IMG/VR virus record: IMGVR_UViG_3300023082_000009
Coordinates: 30,880-94,879 of that record
Direction: 5' to 3' (one strand)
Length of the DNA: 64,000 nt
Origin: a virus
The translations under genes and the position numbers were made by a program. The notes under the pieces were generated by a model. That model ran no database searches. It saw nothing but the letters and a program-made list of their open reading frames with translations, and was not told where the DNA came from. This document shows, piece after piece, positions 27,965 through 36,741 of the stretch (its first letter is position 1; each line of letters opens with the position of its first letter).

Positions 27965-29364
27965 GAATCGTACGTACCCGACCGGCAGTCCTGGCCCAGG
28001 CTGTCCGTGACACCACCGCCGACCAGCGCGGCAGCTCCGACCTCGTGGCCCGCGTGATCGAAGAGATCAAGGCCGAGTCCGGGCGCACTGCCAAGAAGGA
28101 GATGCTCAAGGCACTACGCGACAGCAGCGACATCGCGCTCAAGGTGATGCTAGCCGTCTTCGACGTGAACCGTACCTACGGCATCAAGAAGGTACCGAGT
28201 GCCCGCGTGAAGGGTAACCCACACTCCGGCAGCCGCGAGTTCAGCGACAACACCTGGGGCATCCTGGATGACTTGGCCAGCCGTAAGCTGACCGGCAATC
28301 GTGCCCAGGATGTCCTGGCCGTGGAGCTGGGCTTCCTGACGCAGCCATCGCGTGACCTGTTCACCGCCATCCTCCAGCAGAACCTGCGGGCGGGGTTCAG
28401 CGGCGACGTGGTAAACGAGGTCTGGGGCCCGGTCCTGCGCATCGTCAAGATCCAGCTGGCCAACACCTTCTTCATGAAGCAGAAGGCTGGCGAGAAGGGT
28501 CCGCGTAAGGTGAACCCGAAGGCCCGCTTCCCTGCCTACGACGACATCAAGTACGACGGCGTGCGCGGCTTCCGCCTGAGCGACGAGGACACCGGGTTCT
28601 TCTCGCGGGCCGGTCTCCCCCTGGAATGCCCGCCTGCCTTGCATACCCTGATCGGCGAGTTCCTGGAGGATGCCCGTGCGTTCTACGAGTGCGGTGCCGA
28701 GGAGGCGTTGTTGCTCGATTGCGAGATCGTGCCGCTTGCCGGTGGCTTCGCCGACATCATGAGTCAGGTGCGTGCCTCGAAGCGTGGCGCGAGCGACGGA
28801 ACCACCGGTATTCGCATCATCGACATCATCACCAAGCAGGAGTACCTGGAGGGTAAGTCCTACGATAACCAGCGTGCCCGCCGTGAAGACCTGGAGCTGA
28901 TGATCCAGCAGCCTTGGTTCAAGAAGTACGAGGGCTACATCAAGCTGACCGAAGGCCGCGAAGTGAAGAACGCCGAGGAGGCCCTGGCCTTCTACGCGGA
29001 GGTCGTGGCCAACGGCGGCGAAGGCACGATGCACAAGCACTACGACGATTACTGGGAAGCCAAGCGCACCGACGGCTGGTTGAAGCTCAAGCCTGCCGAG
29101 GAGATCGAAGGCAAGATCGTCGGGTACAAGGACGGTGCCAAGCACAGCAAGTGGGAAGGCTGGCTCGGGGCGGTCCTGGTCAAGCTACCCAACGGGGTGG
29201 TGGTATCCGTCGACGGTATGACCGACAAGGTGCGCGAGTACATCCACCTGCACCGCGAAGAACTCCTGGGCGAGACAGTCGAACTGCTCTACCACGAGAT
29301 GACCCCAGACGGCAGCCTGCGTCATCCACGGTTCAAGCCCGGCTTTGTACGGGACGATAAATAG
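27961..29364 (+). CDS. ATP-dependent DNA ligase
   Basis: KYDGVR, LDCEI, EGTMHK, WLKLK, SLRHPRF. Confidence 0.92.
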   Translation: MRIVRTRPAVLAQAVRDTTADQRGSSDLVARVIEEIKAESGRTAKKEMLKALRDSSDIALKVMLAVFDVNRTYGIKKVPSARVKGNPHSGSREFSDNTWGILDDLASRKLTGNRAQDVLAVELGFLTQPSRDLFTAILQQNLRAGFSGDVVNEVWGPVLRIVKIQLANTFFMKQKAGEKGPRKVNPKARFPAYDDIKYDGVRGFRLSDEDTGFFSRAGLPLECPPALHTLIGEFLEDARAFYECGAEEALLLDCEIVPLAGGFADIMSQVRASKRGASDGTTGIRIIDIITKQEYLEGKSYDNQRARREDLELMIQQPWFKKYEGYIKLTEGREVKNAEEALAFYAEVVANGGEGTMHKHYDDYWEAKRTDGWLKLKPAEEIEGKIVGYKDGAKHSKWEGWLGAVLVKLPNGVVVSVDGMTDKVREYIHLHREELLGETVELLYHEMTPDGSLRHPRFKPGFVRDDK

Positions 29365-29373
29365 GAGCACACC

Positions 29374-29598
29374 ATGCAAACCAACAACCTGGACCCACGG
29401 GTGTCTGAGGTACTCAAGGCCCGCGTAGAGATGAACGCAGCCATAGCGAAGGCGGCCTCGGACGCTATCTCGGCATTCGAGAGCAGCACTGGGCTGGCCG
29501 TAACCTCGGTCGCTATCACTACCGTACAGCACAGGAGCTTCGGCCAGCCGGACGGGTGCATGGTGACGGGCGTTACCACGACAATCGCTGGCCTTTAA
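29374..29598 (+). CDS. hypothetical protein
   Basis: AGGAG SD. Confidence 0.6.
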   Translation: MQTNNLDPRVSEVLKARVEMNAAIAKAASDAISAFESSTGLAVTSVAITTVQHRSFGQPDGCMVTGVTTTIAGL

Positions 29599-29631
29599 CC
29601 TGACGTGCAATCAACTGCACCGGAGAAACCT

Positions 29632-30189
29632 ATGTCCCTCCTTTCGTACACCGAGCTTGTAGAGCTGGTAGAACAAGGCGTCCTCAAGGGGGTCCAGCCG
29701 GGCGCCATCCAGCCAGCAAGCATCGACGTGCGCCTGGGGGACGTGTTCCTCCGGGAGAATCGCCTGCCCTGGTACAAGCGCCTCCTCGGGTGGCCCAGGC
29801 CCGTGGTCGACCTTGCCCGCCGTGAGTCCGTAGGGTTCACCGAGGAGCTGGGCTACGTGATCCTGCGGCCCCAGGACTTCTGCCTCGCCCACACCATCGA
29901 GATCTTCAACCTGCCGGATGACATCTCGTGCGCGTTCTGCCTCAAGTCCTCCATGGCCCGTAATGGTTTGGAACATTTGAATGCGTGCTGGGCGGACGCC
30001 GGGTTCAACAGCTCGGTGCTTACGCTGGAGGTCAAGAATATGCTGCGCTTCCATGATCTCGTATTGACATCAGGCATGTTTATTGGTCAATTGAAGTTCT
30101 GGCGGCACACAGCGGTGCCCGCCGAAAAGAGCTACAGAGCAGTAGGTCGGTACAACGGGGACAGCTCCGTGAGTGCCATCAAGAAGTAA
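29632..30189 (+). CDS. dcd: dCTP deaminase
   Basis: IQPASIDVRLG, KSSMAR.GL, DAGF...LTLE, IGQL.F, Y...GRY. Confidence 0.9.
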   Translation: MSLLSYTELVELVEQGVLKGVQPGAIQPASIDVRLGDVFLRENRLPWYKRLLGWPRPVVDLARRESVGFTEELGYVILRPQDFCLAHTIEIFNLPDDISCAFCLKSSMARNGLEHLNACWADAGFNSSVLTLEVKNMLRFHDLVLTSGMFIGQLKFWRHTAVPAEKSYRAVGRYNGDSSVSAIKK

Positions 30190-30213
30190 CCAACCGCAGC
30201 AAGGAGTGTCGCC

Positions 30214-31047
30214 ATGGGTAGCAGCTACCAGTCGGAACGCCGCAAGGGCCGCAACACTAAGGGCAAAGGCAACCGCGAGCAGGACGGCAGCAATAATATT
30301 CTCGACCTCAACGACGCTCTGGCCCGTAAGGAAGGCCCGACCAAGAAGCAATGGCACGAACACGACCTCCGCCACATCAAGGCCAAGACCGATGGCCAGG
30401 AGACCGCCATCCAGGCATGGTTCGCTGACCCCGAGGGTCACCTCTCCCTGATCGGTTCCGCAGGTACCGGCAAATCCCTCCTCGCTGTCTACTGCGCCTC
30501 CGTTGACTACACTCGCGGTCAGGTAGAAGGCATCACCATCATTCGAGCCTCCGTGCCCAAGCGTGACCCTGGCGCACTGCCCGGCACCCTGGAGCAGAAG
30601 CAGGCCCCGTACGAGGCTCCCTACGCCTCGCTCCTGCAAACTCTGTTCGGTCGCAAGTCCACCTACGACGACATGAAGGCCGCAGGCGTCATCGAGTACA
30701 AGTCGACCAGCTACATCCGTGGCACCACCATCGACAACCGCATCATCATCGTCGAGGAAGCCCAGAACCTGGACTTCGACGAGATCGACTCCGTGCTCAC
30801 TCGGGCGGGTGAAGGCTCTCGGGTGATCCTGACCGGCGACACGCTGCGTCAATGCGACCTCAAGCACTTCGAGACCTCCGGCATTCAGATCCTCAAGGAA
30901 GTCCAGGACAAGCTGGAAGGTATGACCGTCGTGGAGTTCGGCCCGCATGACTGCGTGCGCTCTGGCTTTGCTCGGTCCTGGCTCCTGGCCACGGAAGACT
31001 TCTTCACCGAGCAGCGTGCCCGCGAGCGCAACGAACGCAACGCTTGA
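30214..31047 (+). CDS. phoH: PhoH-like ATPase
   Basis: GSAGTGKS, G.LPGTL..K, YIRGTT, EEAQN, LTR.G..S.VIL.GD..Q.DL. Confidence 0.93.
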   Translation: MGSSYQSERRKGRNTKGKGNREQDGSNNILDLNDALARKEGPTKKQWHEHDLRHIKAKTDGQETAIQAWFADPEGHLSLIGSAGTGKSLLAVYCASVDYTRGQVEGITIIRASVPKRDPGALPGTLEQKQAPYEAPYASLLQTLFGRKSTYDDMKAAGVIEYKSTSYIRGTTIDNRIIIVEEAQNLDFDEIDSVLTRAGEGSRVILTGDTLRQCDLKHFETSGIQILKEVQDKLEGMTVVEFGPHDCVRSGFARSWLLATEDFFTEQRARERNERNA

Positions 31048-31107
31048 TCGCCAGTGTCGGTTGCCCGGTAACACGGGCGCCGATACATTGAACCCAAGGA
31101 GAACGAC

Positions 31108-31419
31108 ATGAGCGACAAGACACCACCAGACAATGTTCGTAGCATCTCCCTAGTCGCGAGTAACTCGCAGATCAAAGGCCCAGTTGCGGAACCCGGCGCA
31201 GCCGTCAAGCACCTGAAAAGCATGATCGAGGCGATTGAGAGCGGCGCCATGCCCGAGCCAGAGTTCGGCGTAACGATGATGGGTTTCACCGACCCTAACG
31301 AAGCGCCGATCCAGATGGAGTTCGGGACCAAGGAAGTACACCCGTACATGATTGTCGGGCTGATCGCGGAGGCCAAGATCCTTACCTTGAGCCCTGCCTT
31401 CGATGCCGACGAAGGTTAA
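31108..31419 (+). CDS. hypothetical protein
   Basis: AAGGAG SD. Confidence 0.65.
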   Translation: MSDKTPPDNVRSISLVASNSQIKGPVAEPGAAVKHLKSMIEAIESGAMPEPEFGVTMMGFTDPNEAPIQMEFGTKEVHPYMIVGLIAEAKILTLSPAFDADEG

Positions 31420-31441
31420 CCCACCGAGAAAGGTAATACCC

Positions 31442-31657
31442 ATGGCAGTAGTAGCGCACTTTGTAGGCGGCCCGCGTAACGGTCGCAAGAACAACCTCCA
31501 GGGCAACGACGAAGCGCCAGACCGCATCGCCGTCACCGCCAAGGAAGCCAAGGCGGTCAACATGAAGCCAGGGCGTTACGAGATCTCCTCCAAGGAAGCG
31601 GACGGCAGCAAAGGTGTCTACCGCTGGGTAACCCTTCAACAGGCCGAGATGGCCTAA
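31442..31657 (+). CDS. hypothetical protein (FVGGP motif)
   Basis: AAGG SD; HFVGGPRNG start. Confidence 0.65.
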   Translation: MAVVAHFVGGPRNGRKNNLQGNDEAPDRIAVTAKEAKAVNMKPGRYEISSKEADGSKGVYRWVTLQQAEMA

Positions 31658-31678
31658 CCAGAGCAGCAAAGGCATTTA

Positions 31679-31703
31679 GGCCCGCTTCGGCGGGTCATTT
31701 TTT
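31679..31703 (+). terminator. intrinsic terminator
   Basis: GGCCCGC-TTCG-GCGGGTC-ATTTTTT. Confidence 0.75.
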
Positions 31704-31732
31704 AAGTGCAACTAATTGCACGGGAGGTAGGT

Positions 31733-32002
31733 ATGCGCCGCTATGATGTTCAAAAGGTCATCATGTCCACCGGCCTGACCGTAGGCCACTTCCTCCTGCT
31801 GCCTCCTGAGATGGAGGACGTGCTTCGCAGCTTCACGCCCGACGCCTACGACAGCGACATGATCCTGGACGGCCTGTCCGGCGTGTACTTCTACCTGGAC
31901 CCGCAGGGCAAGCGCTGCACCATCCCACCGGACGACGTGCGCTCCCAGCTGATGCTGTCCATGAACCTGCCGGGCCACGGCCCGATCTTCGGCGACGCGT
32001 GA
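31733..32002 (+). CDS. hypothetical protein
   Basis: GGAGGT SD. Confidence 0.65.
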   Translation: MRRYDVQKVIMSTGLTVGHFLLLPPEMEDVLRSFTPDAYDSDMILDGLSGVYFYLDPQGKRCTIPPDDVRSQLMLSMNLPGHGPIFGDA

Positions 32003-32388
32003 TGTCTATCCTCATACTGGCAACCCAGTTGCTCGTAGAGGCGGGGATACGTCGCGCCATGAACCCACCGAGACAGACCATGAAATACACTCAACGCCAA
32101 GTAGACTTCCACGAGGACAACCGGGGCTTGCAGGGTCACCGTTGCAGTGCAGCCGTGGAGGCCGAGGTAATGGCCATGCCCGCCTACTCCTGCGATTCCC
32201 CTGTCCTCTATGACCAGCGCAGCCGGATGTTCTACTTCCTCAACACGGACGGTCGACCTGAGTACCTGGAGCGCGAGAGCGTACACACCATGCCGCTACG
32301 CGACGCCAGCGTCGACCGTGACTACATCGACGAACTGCCTGCGGGTGTGGTTCAGCGCGTCGGCCAATGGTCGGGGCCGTCAGCATGA
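31999..32388 (+). CDS. hypothetical protein
   Basis: Overlaps both neighbours; start uncertain. Confidence 0.5.
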   Translation: MMSILILATQLLVEAGIRRAMNPPRQTMKYTQRQVDFHEDNRGLQGHRCSAAVEAEVMAMPAYSCDSPVLYDQRSRMFYFLNTDGRPEYLERESVHTMPLRDASVDRDYIDELPAGVVQRVGQWSGPSA

Positions 32389-32825
32389 GCCGCCTGGAGC
32401 TGTACACCGACGGTGCCCGCAAAGGTGACAAGGTAGGCGGGTGGGGTTGCCTGATACGCTGGGGCAATGTGGAGAAGGAACTCTTCGGCGGCGAGCGTGA
32501 CACCACCAACAACCGCATGGAGATGATGGGCGTGATCGAGGGGCTGCATGCCCTGACCAGGACCGACCTGGACATCCTGATCACCACCGACAGCCAGTAC
32601 GTGATGAAGGGTGCCACCGAGTGGCGGCGCGGGTGGATAGGCCGAGGCTGGCGGACAGGCGAAGGCGAGCCCGTCAAGAACAAGGACTTGTGGATCGAGA
32701 TGTACTCCCTACTAGACCAGCACAACGTGGAGTGGAAGTGGGTCAAGGGCCACAAGGGTCACCCGGAGAACGAGCGCGCAGACGCCTTGGCCAACAAGGG
32801 TGTGGACTGGGCAAGGCAACAGTAG
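32385..32825 (+). CDS. rnhA: ribonuclease HI
   Basis: YTDGA, TTNNRME, TDSQYV, VKNKDLW, WVKGH.GH.ENERAD.LA. Confidence 0.95.
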   Translation: MSRLELYTDGARKGDKVGGWGCLIRWGNVEKELFGGERDTTNNRMEMMGVIEGLHALTRTDLDILITTDSQYVMKGATEWRRGWIGRGWRTGEGEPVKNKDLWIEMYSLLDQHNVEWKWVKGHKGHPENERADALANKGVDWARQQ

Positions 32826-32871
32826 TTGCCCCAGGCCCGGTCAGTGGCTATCATCAGCAGGACGAATAATC

Positions 32872-32901
32872 AAGCCTCGGCATTCGCCGGGGCTTTCTTT
32901 T
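32872..32901 (+). terminator. intrinsic terminator
   Basis: AAGCCTCGGC-ATTC-GCCGGGGCTT-TCTTTT. Confidence 0.75.
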
Positions 32902-32911
32902 GGAGAACGCC

Positions 32912-33229
32912 ATGTCTTGCGGACCTACAGTAAGCGTCAAGCGCGGCGCCAGCCTGACGCTCCAGCATCGAGTAAAGATCGACGGCAAGGTCACCGACCT
33001 GACCGGGTGGCAGTTCGCCTCGACCGTCAAGCAGGGTGACCGCGTGCTGGGTGAGTTTATCTTCACGCCCACCGACATTGCCCATGGTCAGGTGCAGATG
33101 GATCTGCAAACCGACGAGACGTGGCCGCTCGATACCCTGGTGTTCGATGTCAAGTACACGACGCCCGATGGGTACGTCCACTACTCGCCCACCCTCAACC
33201 TGTCGGTCAGCGAAAGGATCACGCCATGA
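32912..33229 (+). CDS. Ig-like (BppU-like) virion adaptor protein
   Basis: KRG......DLTG...S.VK...G.V.M......W......FDV.YT pattern; precedes fibre genes. Confidence 0.55.
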   Translation: MSCGPTVSVKRGASLTLQHRVKIDGKVTDLTGWQFASTVKQGDRVLGEFIFTPTDIAHGQVQMDLQTDETWPLDTLVFDVKYTTPDGYVHYSPTLNLSVSERITP

Positions 33230-33456
33230 GTATGCAGCTGACGTTCGAGGTCATCTCCACGGAGATCACCCAGCAGAAACCCATCGTCGTCATGTCGGAG
33301 TTCTCTGTAGGCCCGCCTGCTTCCTTCGACAACCTTGTCGCCGCGATCAGTAATGACCCGAGCAACTCCCTGCAACTGGGCGAGGACAACAAGCTGTTCG
33401 TGCCCGACCCAACTGAACCCGATCCACTTCCTTACTACATTCTCGCAAAGGGGTAA
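33226..33456 (+). CDS. small virion-associated protein
   Basis: ISNDPSNSLQLGEDNKLFV motif seen in fibre proteins. Confidence 0.5.
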   Translation: MSMQLTFEVISTEITQQKPIVVMSEFSVGPPASFDNLVAAISNDPSNSLQLGEDNKLFVPDPTEPDPLPYYILAKG

Positions 33457-33462
33457 CACGTC

Positions 33463-33957
33463 ATGTCTCAAGCAGCCCGCATCATCGCCCTGGCCCAGGC
33501 CATCGGCACCGACATCAAAGGCCTGAATGTCAAGGTAGGCGACCTCACCGCGCTGTCGACCACGGCCAAGGGCAACCTCGTAGCTGCACTCAACGAGATC
33601 TACTCTCTCGTGGGTACCGGTGGCGCGGTAATCGACGACGCAGCAGGCGACGGTGACACCGATGTGGTGTGGTCCGCCAACAAGGTGTTCGACACCATCG
33701 AGCTGGCCAAGCAGGCAGTGAAGGACGATCTCCTGGACGGCGCCGGTACCGCACTGGACACCCTCAAGGAACTGGCCGATGCGTTGAACAACGATCCGAA
33801 CTTCGCGGCCACCATCGCCACGGCGCTCGGCTTCCGTCTGCGCTTCGACGAAGCCCAGGTACTGACCACGGCGCAGAAGCTCCAGGGCTGCACTAACCTG
33901 GGCATCGGTGATCCTGAGACCGATCTGGCAGCTGCGTACACCGCAGCCAAGGCGTAA
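33463..33957 (+). CDS. head/tail fibre protein
   Basis: GDLTALSTTAKGNLVAALNE and DGAGTALDTLKELADALNNDPNFA fibre motifs. Confidence 0.75.
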   Translation: MSQAARIIALAQAIGTDIKGLNVKVGDLTALSTTAKGNLVAALNEIYSLVGTGGAVIDDAAGDGDTDVVWSANKVFDTIELAKQAVKDDLLDGAGTALDTLKELADALNNDPNFAATIATALGFRLRFDEAQVLTTAQKLQGCTNLGIGDPETDLAAAYTAAKA

Positions 33958-33960
33958 GTC

Positions 33961-35103
33961 ATGAGCCTGACTAGCCGCATCACCGCGCTGGCCCAGGCTA
34001 TCGGCGCGGACATCAAGGCGATCATCGCCGGGAAGAACCGCTTCACTAAGGTGACGGACAAGACCGACTACGTGCCGGTGATCGAGCTGCTCGACTACGG
34101 GGTGCGTCGTGACTACACGATCAGGCCCGTCGGCGACACTCAGGCGGTTTCTCCTGCGGTGCTGAGCGTCTTCACCGTGGACACCATCGACGGCAACTTG
34201 GTCACCGAGGGCCACGGCATTGGCCACCTGGACGTGTACTCGGTCGAGGGCGGTGGTAGCTGCAACCTGATCTTTGGTAAGGAGACCAGGATCGGGTTGA
34301 AGGACGGCAGCCACCTGGAGGAGTTCCTCCTGCACAAGTGGGTCTTCGAGCCGAACGCCACCAACCACGGGACCATCAACATCGTGACCCTGGACGGCCT
34401 GGATGATCAGACCACCAGCGCTCCCTATGTGACGATGTTCCGCAGGCTGTTCGCAGACCCTCGAATGGTCGACTACCTCAACGGCGGTGTGATCCAGACG
34501 CCACGCATCATCGACGGTAACGTCACCCTGCACGACCGGGACAGCGGCAAGGTGATCTTCCTCAACAGCTTCGGCGACGTGACCGTGACCGTCGGTGCCG
34601 ACGTGTCTGACGGGTTCAAAGTGAAGGTCATTCAGGGCACCCTGGGCGGCAAGGTAACGCTGGCATCGGAGAGCAGGTTTGTCCTGGCCAACACGGCCCG
34701 TCGGCAGACCCAGTTCACCTTCGATACGCTGGAAGTGGTGGCCGTGGCTGGCGCCTACCTCGCACTGTCCTGGCTGATGACTCCACCGAGTGTCGTCACG
34801 CCCGACACCGGGGCAGCACGTACCCTGAGCTTGCAGGACGTAGGCAACTACATCCGCATGGGCAGCGGCACTGCGCAAACCGTCACCGTGCCCGCTCAAG
34901 CGACCGTGCCCTGGGAGGGTAACGAGGAGTTCACCATCGAGCAGGCCGGTCCGGGAGCCGTGACCGTCGTGCCCGCCTCGGGCGTAACGATCAACAAATC
35001 AGCAGCTCGCACCACCACCCTGGGCGGCCAATGGTCTGTCGCTACGCTGCGCCGGGTGGCCGAGAATGAGTGGACCTTGTACGGCGGGCTGGCATCCGTC
35101 TGA
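33961..35103 (+). CDS. fibre protein with two tandem C-terminal beta modules
   Basis: N-terminus homologous to the previous gene (ALAQAIG.DIK); duplicated TL...D.G..I....TVTV...Q...G.VT module. Confidence 0.7.
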   Translation: MSLTSRITALAQAIGADIKAIIAGKNRFTKVTDKTDYVPVIELLDYGVRRDYTIRPVGDTQAVSPAVLSVFTVDTIDGNLVTEGHGIGHLDVYSVEGGGSCNLIFGKETRIGLKDGSHLEEFLLHKWVFEPNATNHGTINIVTLDGLDDQTTSAPYVTMFRRLFADPRMVDYLNGGVIQTPRIIDGNVTLHDRDSGKVIFLNSFGDVTVTVGADVSDGFKVKVIQGTLGGKVTLASESRFVLANTARRQTQFTFDTLEVVAVAGAYLALSWLMTPPSVVTPDTGAARTLSLQDVGNYIRMGSGTAQTVTVPAQATVPWEGNEEFTIEQAGPGAVTVVPASGVTINKSAARTTTLGGQWSVATLRRVAENEWTLYGGLASV

Positions 35104-35160
35104 TGGCCTGTGATATGGTGGGATCACCTATCTAGCGGTGGGTGACATGGTGAGTATTTG

Positions 35161-35185
35161 AGGAGTCCTTCGGGGCTCCTTTTTT
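35161..35185 (+). terminator. intrinsic terminator
   Basis: AGGAGTCC-TTCG-GGGCTCCT-TTTTT. Confidence 0.85.
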
Positions 35186-35199
35186 ATTGCCTGTGTATA

Positions 35200-35228
35200 T
35201 TGCAACCCGGCCCTCTTCCCCAGATACT
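35200..35228 (+). promoter_or_regulatory. sigma70-like promoter
   Basis: TTGCAA-17 bp-GATACT. Confidence 0.55.
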
Positions 35229-35234
35229 GGACTC

Positions 35235-35500
35235 ACCAAGCGCGGGAGCGACTCGGGTGGTAGAGCTGACGTTTTGTTGCAGTAGAGCATAGTTGACAGT
35301 CGTGGGCAGGGCCTGCGTACCCGTCAGTTTAGACTGACCGGCAACCTCTCCACCTGGAGCTTGCGCAAACAAGCCCGAGGGCTGGGAACAGAAGGGGAGG
35401 ACTCTTTACGTGGGGCAGCCGGGACCGTTGGAGAACCAACAAGCGTTTGGTGATCTAGAATCCCGAGGCGCTGGCGACAGACCTACCGGTTGCCCCACAC
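35235..35500 (+). ncRNA. candidate structured ncRNA / 5' leader (two domains)
   Basis: No + strand ORF of 60 aa or more; 35240-35265 pairs with 35346-35366; 35410-35422 pairs with 35486-35498; internal hairpins. Confidence 0.5.
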
Positions 35501-35515
35501 TTACAAGGAGCTAGC

Positions 35516-36007
35516 ATGATCCTCGCAGCCACCGGCCACCGGCCTGACAAACTGGGCGGCTACAGTGTACCCCTCGCCACTCTCCGTACTGACCTAGCAA
35601 TGGGTTGGATGGACATCAGGCAAATCGACAAAGGTATCACCGGCATGGCCCTGGGCTGGGACCAGGACTTCGCTCTCGCGTGCTACGAACTCGGAATCCC
35701 CTACATCGCAGCCATACCCTTCGAGGGCCAGGAGAAAGCGTGGCCTGCTGCATCGCAGCGCGTATATCGCTGGCTGATGAACCGTGCCGATGAGGTCGTC
35801 ATCGTCTCGCCCGGCGTGTACTCCCCGGCCAAGATGCTCAAGCGAAACATCTGGATGGTCGACGAGTGCAATCAATTGCTCGCGCTGTACGACGGCAGCC
35901 AGGGCGGGACGGCCCACTGCCTGCGGTATGCCCGCGAATGGCAGAAGGAAGTGACCAACCTATGGCACGTCTATCAAGCCGAGCTGCAAGATGACATTCC
36001 GTTTTGA
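35516..36007 (+). CDS. SLOG family (YspA/DUF1273-like) protein
   Basis: AATGHRPDKLGGY, ITGMALGWDQ, AIPF.GQE..W, RN.WMVD, GGTAHC. Confidence 0.85.
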   Translation: MILAATGHRPDKLGGYSVPLATLRTDLAMGWMDIRQIDKGITGMALGWDQDFALACYELGIPYIAAIPFEGQEKAWPAASQRVYRWLMNRADEVVIVSPGVYSPAKMLKRNIWMVDECNQLLALYDGSQGGTAHCLRYAREWQKEVTNLWHVYQAELQDDIPF

Positions 36008-36009
36008 TT

Positions 36010-36093
36010 TGTGTGGGCATGTGGTCTCCCCTACTAACCATTCTGTGTGGGCATGTGGTTTGCTTAACTAATGGTTCTGTGTGGGCATGTGGT
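36010..36093 (+). repeat. three 16-bp direct repeats, period 34 bp
   Basis: TGTGTGGGCATGTGGT at 36010, 36044, 36078. Confidence 0.9.
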
Positions 36094-36347
36094 TTCCCCA
36101 ACTAGTGGATCACTGGTGAACCAGTGTCCGGCCCGTGTCGTCGGTGGTCTCTGGTGTCGGGCCGGTGGCGCGTCTCTGGTCAGTGGACCGCTGGTCGGTG
36201 GCCGTCAGTGTTGGCGCGGTCTGTGCTAGCCGCCTCGGTGGCGTCCTGGCCTCTGTCCGGCCCGCCCTGGCCCTGTGTTGCGTGCAATTGATTGCACCAG
36301 GGTGCAGGGTTCGCACACCACACACGCACTCTACAGAGGCACACACC

Positions 36348-36665
36348 ATGCAAACCAATACCCGCCGCCGCGCTCCCCTGGATAACGTCGCCCAGGCCAC
36401 CGCGCCCGCTACCCGTACCGTCTGCCACCTCAACGGCGCCGCCCTGGGCGTTCGCGTACATTCCAACGGCTGGGCGGCCACCTATGACGGCAAAGACTGC
36501 GCCCTGGCTGACATCCCTAGCCAATACCACGGCATGATTAAAGCCACCGTCAAAGGCTTGGCCTACGACCTGGGGTACTTCACCTACGCCCCGCCTAGCG
36601 TGCCGTGCGCCGGTTGGGACCGGGTAGAGTGGATAGACCACGTAACCTTTAACTTTCCCATCTGA
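36348..36665 (+). CDS. hypothetical early protein
   Basis: CTCTACAGAG box / GAGG SD. Confidence 0.65.
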   Translation: MQTNTRRRAPLDNVAQATAPATRTVCHLNGAALGVRVHSNGWAATYDGKDCALADIPSQYHGMIKATVKGLAYDLGYFTYAPPSVPCAGWDRVEWIDHVTFNFPI

Positions 36666-36675
36666 CCTGTGGTAT

Positions 36676-36703
36676 TTGCATAACTCCAGGCAGCGTCTAT
36701 AGT
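36676..36703 (+). promoter_or_regulatory. sigma70-like early promoter
   Basis: TTGCAT-16 bp-TATAGT. Confidence 0.55.
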
Positions 36704-36741
36704 TCACGTACACACCACGTCACCCTAAAGGGGATACAGCA

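Noticed and set aside
5227-29364. Inteins or introns in DnaB, PolA, RecA, TerL, ThyA
   Set aside because: ORF lengths and motif spacing are uninterrupted; no splicing or homing-endonuclease motifs seen.
35410-35500. tRNA or tmRNA
   Set aside because: A GGGGC...GCCCC acceptor-like stem is present, but there is no TTCG T-loop, D-loop, CCA, G3-U70 pair or tag ORF.
36010-36093. Mini-CRISPR array
   Set aside because: Repeats of 16 bp and spacers of 18 bp are too short, the repeat is non-palindromic, and there is no cas operon; the Cas4-like gene sits in a recombination module.
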